Shown: piece by piece, positions 39,591-53,024 of the stretch | Layout of the letters: each line of letters opens with the position of its first letter | Position numbering within the stretch: position 1 is the first letter of the stretch | Assembly: GCA_051453625.1 (NCBI GenBank) | Contig: JBOZIK010000001.1 | Span: forward strand, 31,120,363-31,174,107 | DNA from: Welwitschia mirabilis | Lineage: Eukaryota | DNA length: 53,745 nt | Direction of reading: 5' to 3' | The notes under the pieces: model-generated | Seen by the model: the letters and a program-made list of their open reading frames with translations, nothing else | Databases searched by the model: none | What the model was told of the DNA's origin: nothing | Position numbers and translations under genes: made by a program

Positions 39591-42415
39591 ATGGTCAATC
39601 TAGAAAAGAAGTATCAGAGAGAAAGATTATTAATAGAGAAAGACATTAGAGAAGGATTGGTAGACTTTGAAAACAAATCGGAAAAACAATCTTCAGGTGC
39701 ATACAATATCCTTTCTAAATTTATTTTTTATTTGAATCAAATCCTATAGAAGAAAATTTAGAAGAAGAAAAATATTTTATAATGTTTAGCACTACCCAAA
39801 AGTAAAGGTAAGTTAGAGGGTTTTCTACATCTGGTCCTAATCTAAAACTTACCCTGAGGGAATTACTAACAAATAGAAAATGAAAAATTCAAACTCCTTC
39901 TTATCTATTCCCAAGATATGATGTTGAGCTAAAAAACTTAAATTCCTACCCAATCTTTAGTGATGAATATGATAAATATTCCGTCCAACACATTGTAAGC
40001 ATAGAACAATTAATTTTTGCCTCTAGAAATGGAAACAAAAAGATTAGTAATAGAACATACATGGTAATCTTTTCCATGACATTAAAAGGAAGACCTAAAA
40101 ATTGGCTAAAGACTATACCCATAAAAGTCTAAAATCTTATAATCAATTCTAGGGAACCTTTATCAGAAGGTTCATGAGTGAAAAAGCCATTAGAATAAGG
40201 GGGGGAAAAGTAGTAAACTTTAAACAACAAGCAAATGATAATTATGCTTTCACATATGAGAAGTCCTTTATAGCAATTCACTCTAATCTAGTAAACACTT
40301 TTTCATAAGAAGAACTAATTATCTATTTTTATAATGGGCTAAACTACCATACAAAACAACTTGTAGACTTCTCTTATGGTGGAAACCTTATGCACCTTAC
40401 ATTAGTTAATGCATAGAATACATTAGAAGAACTTATGGAGGTAAGCCAAACTTATCTAACATCAAAGAAAAACTACACTATAGGGCTACTTATCAAAGAT
40501 TTGAAAGAGGTTAAACAAGAAAAGGAGGTAGAAAACAACCCTACAAATCTAATTAAATATTTTACAACAACTCTAAAGAAATATATTACAATGATCTTAA
40601 ATGTCAAATCAACAAATAAGAGAAATTTGTGCCAACTTATGACTTATGTGAGGATAATTATCACATTATCAAGGATTGTCCACTTTACCAACATATAAAA
40701 ATAAAATACATGAAGAAGTTTGTACTTTCAATCAAACATTTTGAAACTTTAAAAATTAAAATCGGGCATAACCTAGATTGAATGCACAATTTCAAAATAA
40801 TTTTCAACCTTTTAAAAATCAATTCTAAAATTCAAATTTACAATTAAGTTCATCAAACTTTTAACATCCTAATGATCCACTCATAAAATTTTTGGATGAA
40901 TTCAGAAAATGATAAGAAATAAAAAATTCCAAACTTGGAAACTTAGTGAACATCCTTCAACAAATAATGCTGGCAAATCAAATATCATAACAAATATTAG
41001 CTACACAACCTTTATCAAACTCCAATGAAATAAGAAGAGATTGTAAGGTTGTAATACAAAGTAGTCGAGAAATAAATCCTCCTCCTTATAAAGCATCAAC
41101 CTCCCAAACTAACATTAGAGATGATGACAAAGAAGAGGACATTAACATATTAGAAGACTATAACTTCTCTTCTCTTGATAAAAATAAAAAGAAAAATTCT
41201 TCACAAAAGTAAATAGCTATCCCTTGGCTTGATAGCTTAATAGCAATTTAACTTTTAACAAACATCTTAAAGCATTGACAAAAAATGTAAGCATAATCTA
41301 GAAACTTTTTTGAGAAAATTCAAGGTACTCAAAGCTATGGAAAGATTTAATAAGAAGAAAATAAAAGCAATTCATTCCTAGTAAAATATTTCTATCATAA
41401 TTCCTTAAGAATTTAGTGTTATAAAATATCTCAAATTTAAAGATCCAGAGGCGGTAATAGTAAATGTCACATTAAAAGGAAATAAAAAGATCAAGAAAGC
41501 TTTAATAGACATTGGAGTGAGTTTTAATATCATGCCACTACACATTTGTAAGAGACTTGGTTTAGATGGTAGAACATAGCCTACTTAGATTCTCTCAAAG
41601 TTAGCAGACACTTCAGTTAAGAAACCCTTAAGGGTCATCAAAGATTTAGTGATCCAAATTGAAGATGCCTACTACCTAATAAAGTTAATTATCATAGAAG
41701 TCAAATATAATAGAGGATACCCATCACTTCTAAGATGAGTCTTCTGCGTAATAGCCTACTGCATTATTGATAATAGGACTGGAGTGATGAAGTATTACCT
41801 AAAAAATAAAACATTTATAATTAGAGTTTTTTATACAACTAAAAAATACCTAGGTAATGAAGAAGACATAGAAAGTAAAATTAAATCAACCTTATTCCTC
41901 CAACAACATTTCCTTGAAGAAAGAGAGTTGACATTACATAAGCGTATGCTTCATGATGATCCACTTATGATAAAAAACTTAGAAACCATTGATGCATCTA
42001 ACTTTGAGTATGATTTTTTAGATCAGAATGAAAAAGAATCCTTACATTACAAGGAAGTCCAACTATTAAATGAAAACTCACACCTTAAGGGAGATTATCC
42101 ACTACATGAGCCAAAAACTGAAAATCACAATTTAAATTTAAATATGAAAAACCTTTCTAATGGACTTAAACATATTTTTCTTTGTGATCATCAAAAGAAA
42201 AATTTTATAATTAATAAAAATATTTTACCAAAGTTAACATTAATCTTCCCTTTGTCTTTTAAAATATGTGCTTTCATGTGGTCTTATAGAGTTTTATCTG
42301 TTATTCCTCTCTTCATTCAATTGATTAGACTCAAAACTAATTGTATACCTTTTATGTTTTATCAATTGATGAAAATTTAGTTTGGATCTTACTTTTTTAA
42401 GAATGCAATATATTT
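39591..42415 (+). pseudogene. Gypsy-2 gag-protease pseudogene
   Basis: MVNLEKKYQRE... is homologous to the Gypsy-1 gag start. Protease ALIDIGVSFNIMP (~41500), then ADTSVKKPLRVIKDLVIQIE. Ends at the pre-RT segment AFMWSY. Confidence 0.88.
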
Positions 42416-44619
42416 NNNNNNNNNNNNNNNNNNNNNNNNNNNNNNNNNNNNNNNNNNNNNNNNNNNNNNNNNNNNNNNNNNNNNNNNNNNNNNNNNNNNN
42501 NNNNNNNNNNNNNNNGATTAGACTCAAAACTAATTGTATACCTTTTATGTTTTATCAATTGATGAACATTTAATTTGGATCTTACTTTTTTAAGAATGCA
42601 ATATATTTAGACCATTAAAACTAGTTCTTCCCTTTTTCTTTCTTTTTAATAAAAGTTTTGAATAGATTTTAGGATTTTGATAAAATTTATTGGCTTTATT
42701 GTTTCATTTTTAATTCTTATTATTTTGACTTTGATTTTGTCTTTAGCTTTCTATTTTGATTTTCTATTTTATCATCCCCTGTGTCATCCCCATGATGATA
42801 AGAATGATAATCTTAGCTTTCATTTTCTCCCTTTAGTTTTTTGTTAGATTTCTACTTTCTGTTTTTGCTTTTTATTCTTATTGTTCTCTCTATCATTTAG
42901 ATGATAAGAAATATGACCATTAGTTCTTTTAAATTTGGTTCTTTATTATTTTGAGAAAATACGTTCTAATGGCTCTATTGAGATTTTTAACTTAATCACT
43001 TAATAATTTTAGAAAGTTAATGGACAAAGGTTGGAAATATTCAAATAACCATCTAAATTTTCTCTTAGCATTTTCTTTTGGAGGCCATTATAACATTACT
43101 TGATTATCTTTCAAACATAACTTATGTATTTATTTGCATGACTAGTCTTTTGACTTGGGTATTTTATAGCAATAAGATTGGATTCACCTAATTTTAAAAC
43201 ATTTCTATGTTTATGAACTTTAGTTTAAAGGAATATGCTTTATTTTTTATGTTTTTCTCAATAATAAAATAACTTAGATTATTTAAAGGTGTTCTTTTCT
43301 ATCTTCATCTTATGACTTCACCTTTTTCTTTTGGAGTGTTTAGTTATGTGGAATGTTTTATATGCAGAAAAGAAAAAGAAAAAGGAAAAAGGAAAAAGAA
43401 AGTTTTAAATAAGACCATGATGTTTATATTCAAGATAGTTAAAAAACATGGTCATCATAATGTCCTACCACAAGTACACTAGGGCAAATTTTCCTGAGAG
43501 GAGCCTTTAGTAGTGTAATATGGTAGTTTTGGAAACTCCATTAGGGGTTCAATTGGCCATGCTTCATGGGTCCTTACTTCTCTAACTATGATTACACTCC
43601 CCTCCTCCTAAATAATAAATGATAATAAAAACTTGAAGGCTATGGGATTAATGGTGTTCTTAGTATTAACAGAGGAATTTCTTATTTTTAGACTCTTAGT
43701 CCTTTTACATGATCATTTCATTTCTTAAAATTCAGGTGTTTGTTTTAAGATGTTAATAGGTGAGTTCAATTTTGAGCAACTCTTTGGTTTAATCATTCAT
43801 TGTTTAAAGCATTTATTTTTAGCATCGTAATAATCATTGCCTCATTAAATGGAATTTTTTATACATCAAGTCATGCATTTTAAAATCAAGGGATATTATG
43901 ATTTCTTCAATGGGAGCCTGCTAGGTTAAAATTTCAAATAGATCAACTATCTTCTTTATGTTTTCTTATGTCCATTCTTTCTATTTTCTTTAATTATTTA
44001 GTTATTTATTTCAAAGTCATTATTGTATTTTGTTAGCATTTTAGGACTTTAACATTTAATGCTTTTTATGCCTAGTTTTTAATAAAGAGTTGACTTCTTG
44101 CTCAGATGAATTTTCTTAATAATTTTATGATGTTTTTTTCTAGTATTTTGGATTTTTTAATGCTACTCATAATCATTTTGTTACAAAACATTTTCTTTGC
44201 TTGTCAGAAAATTTCATACATCTATATTTTTCAAATATGAAATTTCTTTACTTAGATTTGCATTTAATTTAAAAATTTATCCAAATTCAAAAATATGCAT
44301 CATCTTCCTTCTTACTTCCATCTATTTTCTTTGCTTTATTAGCCAATACAAGACACATTATTTTTCTCAGGGAGGACAAGACCCATTTTGATGGCTCATT
44401 TTTATAAATTTTTGAGTTATTTTAAGAGATTTCATGAGACATAATTTTAACATTTTTACTCCATACACATTATGCATTACATGTTATTTTTGCTATGTGA
44501 TGTGTTTTATGAGCCTGTTTTATGATTTTTAGATTGATTTTTTTGTGAGATAATTAGCTTGCATTTATGATTTTTCACCTTGTTTTTGTTAGGGACTGAC
44601 AAAGGCTAAGTGAGGACTA

Positions 44620-45664
44620 TAATGCATTACCAATTTGTGTGTTTTTTTTTGCAAGACATTTACATATGTTTAGATGCAATTTTGAGGATTTTGGAGAATC
44701 AATAGAAAATCTCAAAAATGTATAATTCTTAGTAAGATTTAAAGAATTTAAGGCACATTCTAATACATAGAGCTTTACAGGAAGATTACTAATAGATAGG
44801 CTAGCCTCTCCTCACTGAAATAAATAAAAAAGACTATCATTCTCTCTATCGTCATCACAATATCCAGGATGATAACATTATTTTATGCTGATATGGACTG
44901 CTAATACACTACTAAGTCATCTGATAAGTTATCTTTTGTAAATATCTATCATCCCCTATATCGTATGGATGACATCTAGGATAACATTGTAACTGACATT
45001 AACAATTAACCTTTAACCATTTCATTTGTTTATTTTTTGTAATGGAGCATGTTTTGGAGAGCCTTTTGTTATTGTTTACTACTCTATAACCCTATAAGTA
45101 AGACCCTCTTTAATTCTCCTCTCCATTTTCAATGCACTAAAAATTCTTGTGATAGGAGATTAAAAGGTGAAAGATCTATCTTGAGAGTTGCAGAAAGATG
45201 TTCCCTTGATAGAGGGATATGCATCCTTCATTAAGGCCCTATTGTTTTATAATCTAGATGGTGGTTCCTTTTTAGTGCAAAACTTTATTTTCATGTATGC
45301 ATATTAGTCTATTAGATGTTTCTTATTGTTTATATTGCCCTTGATTTAGTGAAAATTTCATTGGTGATATAGTTCTTAAGGGCAGCCTTTGTTAAGGCTG
45401 AAAGAAAGTAGTTTATATTTATTTTACATTGCATTTAGATTTAGTTGCATTGCATAATTATTTTCTGTGTTGTTCTTTAAATCCAATTACATAATCTTTA
45501 TGAAAATCAATCCTCAAATCTCATGTCATATTCTTCAATTAGATACAACATTTGAGTTCACTTCCAATTATATTAGTATATTATGTCATGTAACATATCT
45601 ATTTTATTTGTGAACGATAGGATCTTTTTAAGTATAAACATTTACACAAATACATACTGCAATA
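44620..45664 (+). repeat. Gypsy-2 3' LTR
   Basis: Preceded by PPT-like AAAGGCTAAGTGAGGAC and followed by TSD GCATG. Confidence 0.92.
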
Positions 45665-46950
45665 GCATGCCATAATAGTAAGGGAGATATCTCATCTTAG
45701 AAAAATTTGCAGTAATCTTGTAAATTCAAACATACCCATGAATTTAAATAAGCTTTTCTTCCATTTATCCTATCATGATTAGTTACTGATTATTATCATA
45801 AACATTCACTAACTACTTCATCATAAAAATTGAATAATCTTCTTCTACTCGAGTGAAAAGCAATAGAAGATGCAACCTTAGAGAAGGAACATACAGAATA
45901 TGATAAATAGTCTGTGAAGAGAGTGATGTCAAGTTAAGAGTAACTAAATCATAGCCTTCCACTAGAACCAGAGTTCTTTCTGCCACATAAACTTAACGTG
46001 GTACTTTAATAAAGTTATTAAAATAATCATGCTGATAAGTTATGTAATGAGTTATACCTATATTAGGCATCCACATCTCATCATGAGATATGTACTCACT
46101 CATATCCATAAATTTAAAGTTGTCAAAGATTTCATTTAGCTCAAATATTTTAATATCATTAAGGAAATTAAATTCTTTATTAATTACATTTACCTAATGT
46201 GTAGAATTAATCTTGTTCCAAGGTATCCTATAAAAGTCTAAGGTATGACCTTATCTTGTATATCATAAGCACTGATATTTGTTCTTCTTAGGGTTAATAG
46301 TATTTTGAATGTAGTTCTTATTTTTTTGAGTCTGATTAGGCTTCTTATTTTATTGTTTTTATGGAGCCTTATTCTTATCATGATGTAATTCCTTTTGTAG
46401 ATGAAATTTGCTAGTGTACTATTTACATTGATGAGGGAGACTATAAGAATAAAAAACTTTGAATGCTACATTAGAAGATGAATAGCCTATGAAGTTAAAT
46501 TATGCTCCTATGGCAATAATATCCTTATTGAGTGTATTAGAGTTCATATTATATATTTTCTTACTTTTATTAAGTGATAGAATGTAGCTACCAATCAACA
46601 TTTTATGTGGAGTGATGACTAATTTTTATGTTATTTATGTGAGCTTGTTATTAATGGATTTCCATGCATTTTCTTTATCCTGATTCTAAATAAAAACATG
46701 TACTTTATTAAATAAAACTTAATTAAATACAAAAATGTGCATTATAGATGTGAAGTCTTCCTTCCATTCCTTCCAACTCTAATCATCATGTAAAGTTACC
46801 CTAAGGTTTGTCATGACTCCTGTAGTTAATACTAGCATGAAGCTGCCTAATAAGGTCTATAATTTACCTTTAATATTAAATCCATAACAAATTTTTTGAG
46901 AAGAAATAAAATAGGTTTAACAAGTTATAAGATAAAGAAAAATTCTAGAG
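45665..46950 (-). pseudogene. Copia-2 gag, protease and integrase N-terminus
   Basis: Minus strand decayed Zn-knuckle QCL*YTR*GHTLDFY (~46215-46275), protease WMPNIGITHYIT (~46040-46075), ILYVPSL, and LLWHA abutting the Gypsy-2 TSD. The gag start is uncertain. Confidence 0.75.
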
Positions 46951-48987
46951 GGATCCTGCTCACATTCACTACTAAAAGCGATTTATCTGTCACACAAAGA
47001 AATTTTGTCAAAAACCCAAAACGAAAATAAGAAAAAATGAAGATAATGTTATAGTCATAAGAAAAATGGTCTTTCTCTCATTCATAGTTTTAATTTATCT
47101 ATCCAAGTCACAATGTAAGACAAGAATCACAATGAAGAGGTATAGTCAAAATGAAAGAAGATCTTCCCATTATTCAAGTAATCTATCCAAACTACAAGGT
47201 GTGACAAAGCTAAGAACCCCTCTAAAATATTAAAATCTTATGCACATAAAAGAAAAATAAAAGTAATTCATTATAATTTCTTAATGTTTATGTGGTAAAT
47301 TTTATGAACAAGCCTAGATTTAATTAATTTGATGAAAATAATGAGATTGGTTAATTTTATATTTATTCCTGAATCTGAGTAGTGATTATGTTCTCTTAAA
47401 TGGTGGTACCATTATCTTCTAAGGGAGTGAAAAAATAAAATGTGAGTTATCTTAGTGGGACATTTAATTTATCAATCAGTTTTAGTTACCTTAGTTATAT
47501 ACCCTCCTTTAATCAAGAGTATCATGCAATGTTGGTTACTTATTTATACTTATACTAAGTAAATTTTAAAACTAATTATACTTATGCCTCGCTATCAATT
47601 TAATAATGAAATTTAAGTAGATCCTACCACTGTGCCTTAGACCTTCCTCTAATATACCCTTGATTACCAAGGCATATATGGGAATCTAGATCTTAGATGG
47701 CCAAGATGTTTTACTTAAGGAATACATGACTCTCTGTATAGCTTAAACTTCTAGTTAACATAGTTAAAGATTATATAATTAGTTAAAGATTATATAATAA
47801 GCTTAGAGGACAACATAGCTTGACACAAATCTCTATCTATATAAGGCTCTCTAGTTCCACCACTAACTAATACTTATTATCACCAAAGAGTTTCATGTGT
47901 TTAGAGTGAATGTAAGTTTTAATTTTTAAAATCCTAATCACAAAAACTAAAAGTTAAGTGTAAAAAAAACAAAGGAAAAAAAGACAAACACATAAAAATA
48001 CATAAACAAATAGGATTTAAGTTAGTATGATTAAGCTAAGTGGATTTTGCTCAACATTATAACTTAGCTTAATTTATCCAAATTACAAAGCCAAGTCTAA
48101 AAAAATGAAGTCAAGTGGATCTTACTTTAACATTCAAAACTTGATCTAATGAGAAAAAGAAAGAGAAATAAAGTTTAAGGGCTTGAATGATGGAAAAATG
48201 TATCCAAAAACCTTTAGAAAACATTAAAAAGTTTAAAAGAGTGATATTTAGACTTACAAAATAAATAAATCCCCAAAAAACTCAAAAACCTTGAAAAAAA
48301 CTCAGAAAACTACTTTAAGAAAAATCAAAATATGTCCTATGTGTGTAAAATAAGGGTAATAACTAAGCAATAGCTTACCTAAATGCATGTCCATCAAAAA
48401 CATAATATCTATCATAAAATCACATGTGCATAGAAAAAAAACAACTATCATAAAGCTTAAAAGAAAGACAAAAAAAAAACTTTTGTTACACTGCTTAGAA
48501 TAAAATCTCCTAACCTCCATCATGGTAGGTAAAGTATCTACCACTCCACCATTGCCATATCAGTATCTATAATATAATTAAAAAAAGAACTATTAGCAAA
48601 AATGATAATGTAAGAAATGATTGGTACGCATTGATAGCCAGGTAATAAATGATGTTAAAGAAGGTGCACATGTTAATGTGGTTTTTTTTTTCTTTTTTTG
48701 GAAATAAGATGTAGAGGCATTAATTTTGTTTTTTGGAGAAGATGTAAACTCATCAAATATTTAAAGACTACAAAACATTAACATTAGACTAAAATATGAC
48801 ATAACAACATGATAGAGTGCATGGTAGAGTGTCAAGAAGCTACATGTTACATAGGAAGGAAGGAGTTTTAATTAGGCAGAGATGAGCTATGAGGTAATAG
48901 AATGAAAAGAAAAGATCTAAGAACTCATACTAGTGAAGGTGAACCACGTTAGTAAAAAGGCATATAAGAATGACATAAGCAAGAGTT

Positions 48988-49165
48988 CTAGATCACATCA
49001 GTGTAGTACATGAAGGAGCATAAATCAAATCAGCATAGGTAGAAGTATCAGATTGTGGATCAGTGTGGTAGATAGGTGCATAAATTAGATTAGCATAGGC
49101 AGGTGTACCATATTACATATTGATGTAGTGAAAAGGTGTATAAATCAGATCAATGCAGGTAGTGC
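48988..49165. repeat. Three-copy tandem repeat with 60-bp period
   Basis: TAAATCAAATCAGCATAGG at 49021, TAAATTAGATTAGCATAGG at 49081, TAAATCAGATCAATGCAGG at 49141. Confidence 0.85.
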
Positions 49166-50051
49166 TGGTTAGACTATAGGCTTACACAGTAAGTGGAGAG
49201 TAGGTTTAACAACTATTATGGGGACATAGCTTATCATGGATAATCTAGAGACAATCCATAAGTAGAGGTGAATTACCAATGAGTGAGCTCAGTGGATGGT
49301 AGACAACATAGAAGTAGCAGAATGAAGTGGCAGCGAGTAGCAAGAGTAGGAACAAAGAAAATTAGGCAGTCCAACTAGGCAGGCAAGGCATGTGTCACAA
49401 TTAGTAGTAAAGCAATTGACCATTATTGTGTTCTTAATTAAGAGAAGGTCAAGCTATTAACTAGAATGCATTAAGAATAGATGTTAGCAATGTAAAACAT
49501 ATTTAGTAAAGCATGCCCAAAAACTTCTCCACTGGCTAAATTTTAAGCATTAGGGACATTAAGCACTAGGATTTTCTATGTCATTGCTTTTACAAAAGCA
49601 CAAGTAAAAAATAAGAAATAAAATGCATGTAAAATATTTTCTATAATAGTTAAGCATGCTACAAAACAATGATGGATGTGTTATAATCCTCAATCATATT
49701 GTAAAACTTATAAATGAAATGTAAGTAAACTGCATGCAAAGAAATTACAACTAAACTTATAATCAAGAAACTTGTAGAAAACATAAGAAAACCCTATAAA
49801 AAAATATAAGAAAAATGTATATATAAGGTAAAACAATAAATCTAAGTAAAAACCTAAGGGGAAAAACATGCAAAGGCATATAAGAGGCAACAACAAGCAC
49901 AACTTTTGAAGAAGTTGCCAAGAAGTTTAAGACAATCTAGACTTGGAGCCTCTCCAAGCTCAAGAGTAAGAAAAATGGAGGCTATAAGAAGCTCAAAGAA
50001 TCTTAACAATAATAAAGAAACTTCAAAAGCCTCACGAACCCTAACCTAGAT

Positions 50052-50063
50052 TTCCTAATACCA
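50052..50063 (-). promoter_or_regulatory. Degenerate tRNA-iMet PBS of Copia-2
   Basis: Minus strand TGGTATTAGGAA versus TGGTATCAGAGC, directly after the LTR. Confidence 0.65.
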
Positions 50064-50064
50064 T

Positions 50065-50237
50065 TTTCTGGAAAACAAAAGAGTAAAAGAAAGATTTCCA
50101 AACTGAAATTTTATTTCTTCTTCTTTCCTTATTACATTGAAGAGCTTGCTTATAAAGGCAAGCATACTATTAGGTTTTTTTTTAAGGTTTTCACATATTC
50201 TAGATGGATGACCATAGTGTGCATACAAACCTTAGTA
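50065..50237 (-). repeat. Copia-2 5' LTR
   Basis: Matches the 3' LTRs. Bordered by the PBS and TSD GATAT. Confidence 0.85.
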
Positions 50238-52490
50238 GATATATGTTAATTAAGTATTGTATTATATAATTTTAAAATAGATTAAATATTAATAGAAATA
50301 GTAAAAATTAAAGTTACAAAGAAAATTATGATAATAAATACACAAGCTTAAGTAGGATAAAGGAGGTAACTGAAAGAAGTGAAACCAAGAAAATGGTTTT
50401 TAAAATAGAGAAAATGATAAATAATTAATACGATACATTATATAGAGGAATTTATATCTTAAAGTATAAAATCAAAAATAAGAAAATTCAAAAGAGAGGC
50501 CAGATACATTAGGTAAAGAACTAATATTTAATGTTATTCTTTTAATACTAAAAAATCATCAAATCTTTGATTACCTTTTGGAAAGGGAATGAATTAAAAT
50601 CAATGAACAATTCTATTTATTTTAATAGGATATTAATGATATATATTTATTTATTTAAATTCAGTTATGGTACTATAGTGGCCTATTAGATAATGAATAT
50701 GAAAATAATTCAACATATGAATTTTATAAGGAATGTACTATATAAGTCAAATGAGAGGTACTATAGCATAATATGAATTGAAAATAAGAGTTCATGAATA
50801 GCTATAGGTATTGAAGAGCTTTTAGATTATCCTTAGATTAATTACCTAGATTACGTAGAGAAATGTCCTATATAATCTTAGACTAAAATAGAATCTATTA
50901 TTCTTAAGCACATTAATATGAAAATTGTTTAATGTCATGATGATAGCAATAGAGAAGAAAGTAAATACTATCAAAGAGGGTAATACTTATTGCATAGGTT
51001 ATTTTAATAGTGAATTGAAAGCATTACCATATTAAGAGGAAAGTAATTTTCATTTCCAAATAAAGGAGATAATATATCAATATTTGATTACATTGATGCA
51101 CAATCTAAAATTCTTTTGAAAAAAGACATTTAACACGTTAGACTTAATCATGAGTTCTTAAAGAGGATATGCAACCTTATAGAATTCATCTAAAGCTAAG
51201 AACTCTACTAATGGATAAAAATACATGTTATGAAATTTCTAGAAATCCTATGAAAAAAGGAATTGACATCTATCATCATTCCTTATGCACCATGTCAAAA
51301 TAAAAGTACAAAATAAATAAACCATGGATTAAAAGGAAATAAATACTTTTATTTTATTTACAATACATTTAAATGTCTTATGGATGTCTATAAGATTTTA
51401 TTCTTCTAATAAATTGATAGAAAGACAATAACCTTTGACACTTAAAACTATTTAGTTGTATGATCCGCTTTTGTAAATAGATATCAAATGAATGAAATGT
51501 TAAAGTCAAAAAATGTATCCTTACAGGATGTACTAAAGTTACTAAACTATGTCATCAATATAATATTGAGTTAAAGAAGGTTGTTTTAAATAAATATGAA
51601 AGGTTTAATAAGAGTAGATTCAAGGAGCTAATACCTGTGAAAAGATTAGATGAATCCATGAAAAAACTAAAATATAATGAGTAAATAATATGTTTTAATT
51701 AATATTAAAATATGTTCCCTTGAAAATCACAAAACTAAACGTGTTATATCTCATCACAAATGTTCAGATAAAAATTTAGGAGTTCATAAAAGGAAATATA
51801 TATCTACATAAATATTTATTTAAGAAGTTTAATTTAATGTCAATAAATATATAGAAAAACATAATGTATTAACCTTATAAAAATAATAAAATAATGATAA
51901 ATATATGATCAAAAGATAATACATACTTTTATTTTATGTTAACAAGATTTATGTTATGATGCTAATTAATATTAAAGAGGAATTAGTGACTCATCTTTGA
52001 ACGTTGTGATTAATAAAGAATATGAAGTGATGATGAAGATAAATCTATGGAAACTAATATCTTAGGATTTAAATAGCATTTAATTATGAAGGAAGATAAA
52101 CAAATGTAACTAAAAGATAAAAAAATGGTATAGAAAAATGAAATTTTAAAGTATATTATATTGATATAGTTAGGATGTTTTCAACCATAACACATATGAA
52201 TATCGACTAGGCTATCATTCATTTTACAATATAAATGATGGCATTTAATCTATTTAAAATAGATTTAAAAGAAATATTTTTATATATCAAATTTAAATAA
52301 AACTTCTTAAAATTTTAGAAATCAAACATAAAATTCTTATACATAAAAGAGTTAAATACTATATGAAGAATGGTTTGAATTGTAGTTAAAACTTCCTCGA
52401 GATGGAAGATTGTTAGAATAATCTTAATGGATTTTTATAAATGTGAATTCATAATAAAAAGGTAGATAGAATTCATATACATGTTCTAAA

Positions 52491-52514
52491 TATATATATA
52501 TATATATATATATA
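52491..52514. repeat. (TA)n microsatellite
   Basis: Direct reading. Confidence 0.95.
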
Positions 52515-53024
52515 TTCTCTCTCTTCTTGAATCTTGTTTATATATATTCATGTATAAATTAAAATATTGAGGTCTACGTTTTTAACTTATTCCCCATTCA
52601 TTTATTTTCATTACTATTTTTTCAAAGCCTATATCCAATGAAGTTCTATTAAAGAACATTTTTGTTTAATTTTTTTCTCTTTTTTAATTATTTTCATTAA
52701 AAAAAGGACTTCCTCTCTCTATCTCTAAATAAATATCATTAATAACATGCAAAATTTAACATGTATATCAAGGAATTTTAGCATGCGTAATTGATCTATA
52801 GATGATTTGATGTAGTTATTATGTGTAAACCATGGAAATATATTTTTCATTATGGGAAAAAAGGGAGGAGTGCCAAGAATTATTGTCAATAGTATCAGTT
52901 CTAGGAGCAACAACATTGACTACTGTGAGTAATATGGGTTTATACTTATGTTCTTGAGCTTTTCTCAATGCAATTAATCTATTCTAGTCATTTACAAAGG
53001 TAGAACATGAATGAAGAATATTTT

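Larger units (their letters stand above)
38045..45664 (+). mobile_element. Gypsy-2: internally deleted Athila-like element (gag-PR present; RT/RH/INT core and env-like ORF absent)
   Basis: LTRs 38045-39119 and 44620-45664. TSD GCATG at 38040-38044 and 45665-45669. PBS TGGCATCATTATCAGGGA. Gag and PR are homologous to Gypsy-1. Confidence 0.92.
30973..50237 (-). mobile_element. Copia-2: degenerate Ty1/copia element with ~173-bp LTRs, a duplicated 3' end and nested Gypsy-2
   Basis: LTR copies at 30973-31145, 34870-35041 and 50065-50237. TSD GATAT at 30968-30972 and 50238-50242. PPTs adjoin 31146 and 35042. PBS at 50052-50063. Confidence 0.88.

Noticed and set aside
41784..42380. 198-aa ORF as an independent gene
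   Set aside because: It is the protease-RT linker of Gypsy-2, homologous to ~11925-12560.
42323..42609. ~93-bp direct repeat flanking the 100-N gap
   Set aside because: Near-identical contig ends, so an assembly overlap artefact rather than biology.
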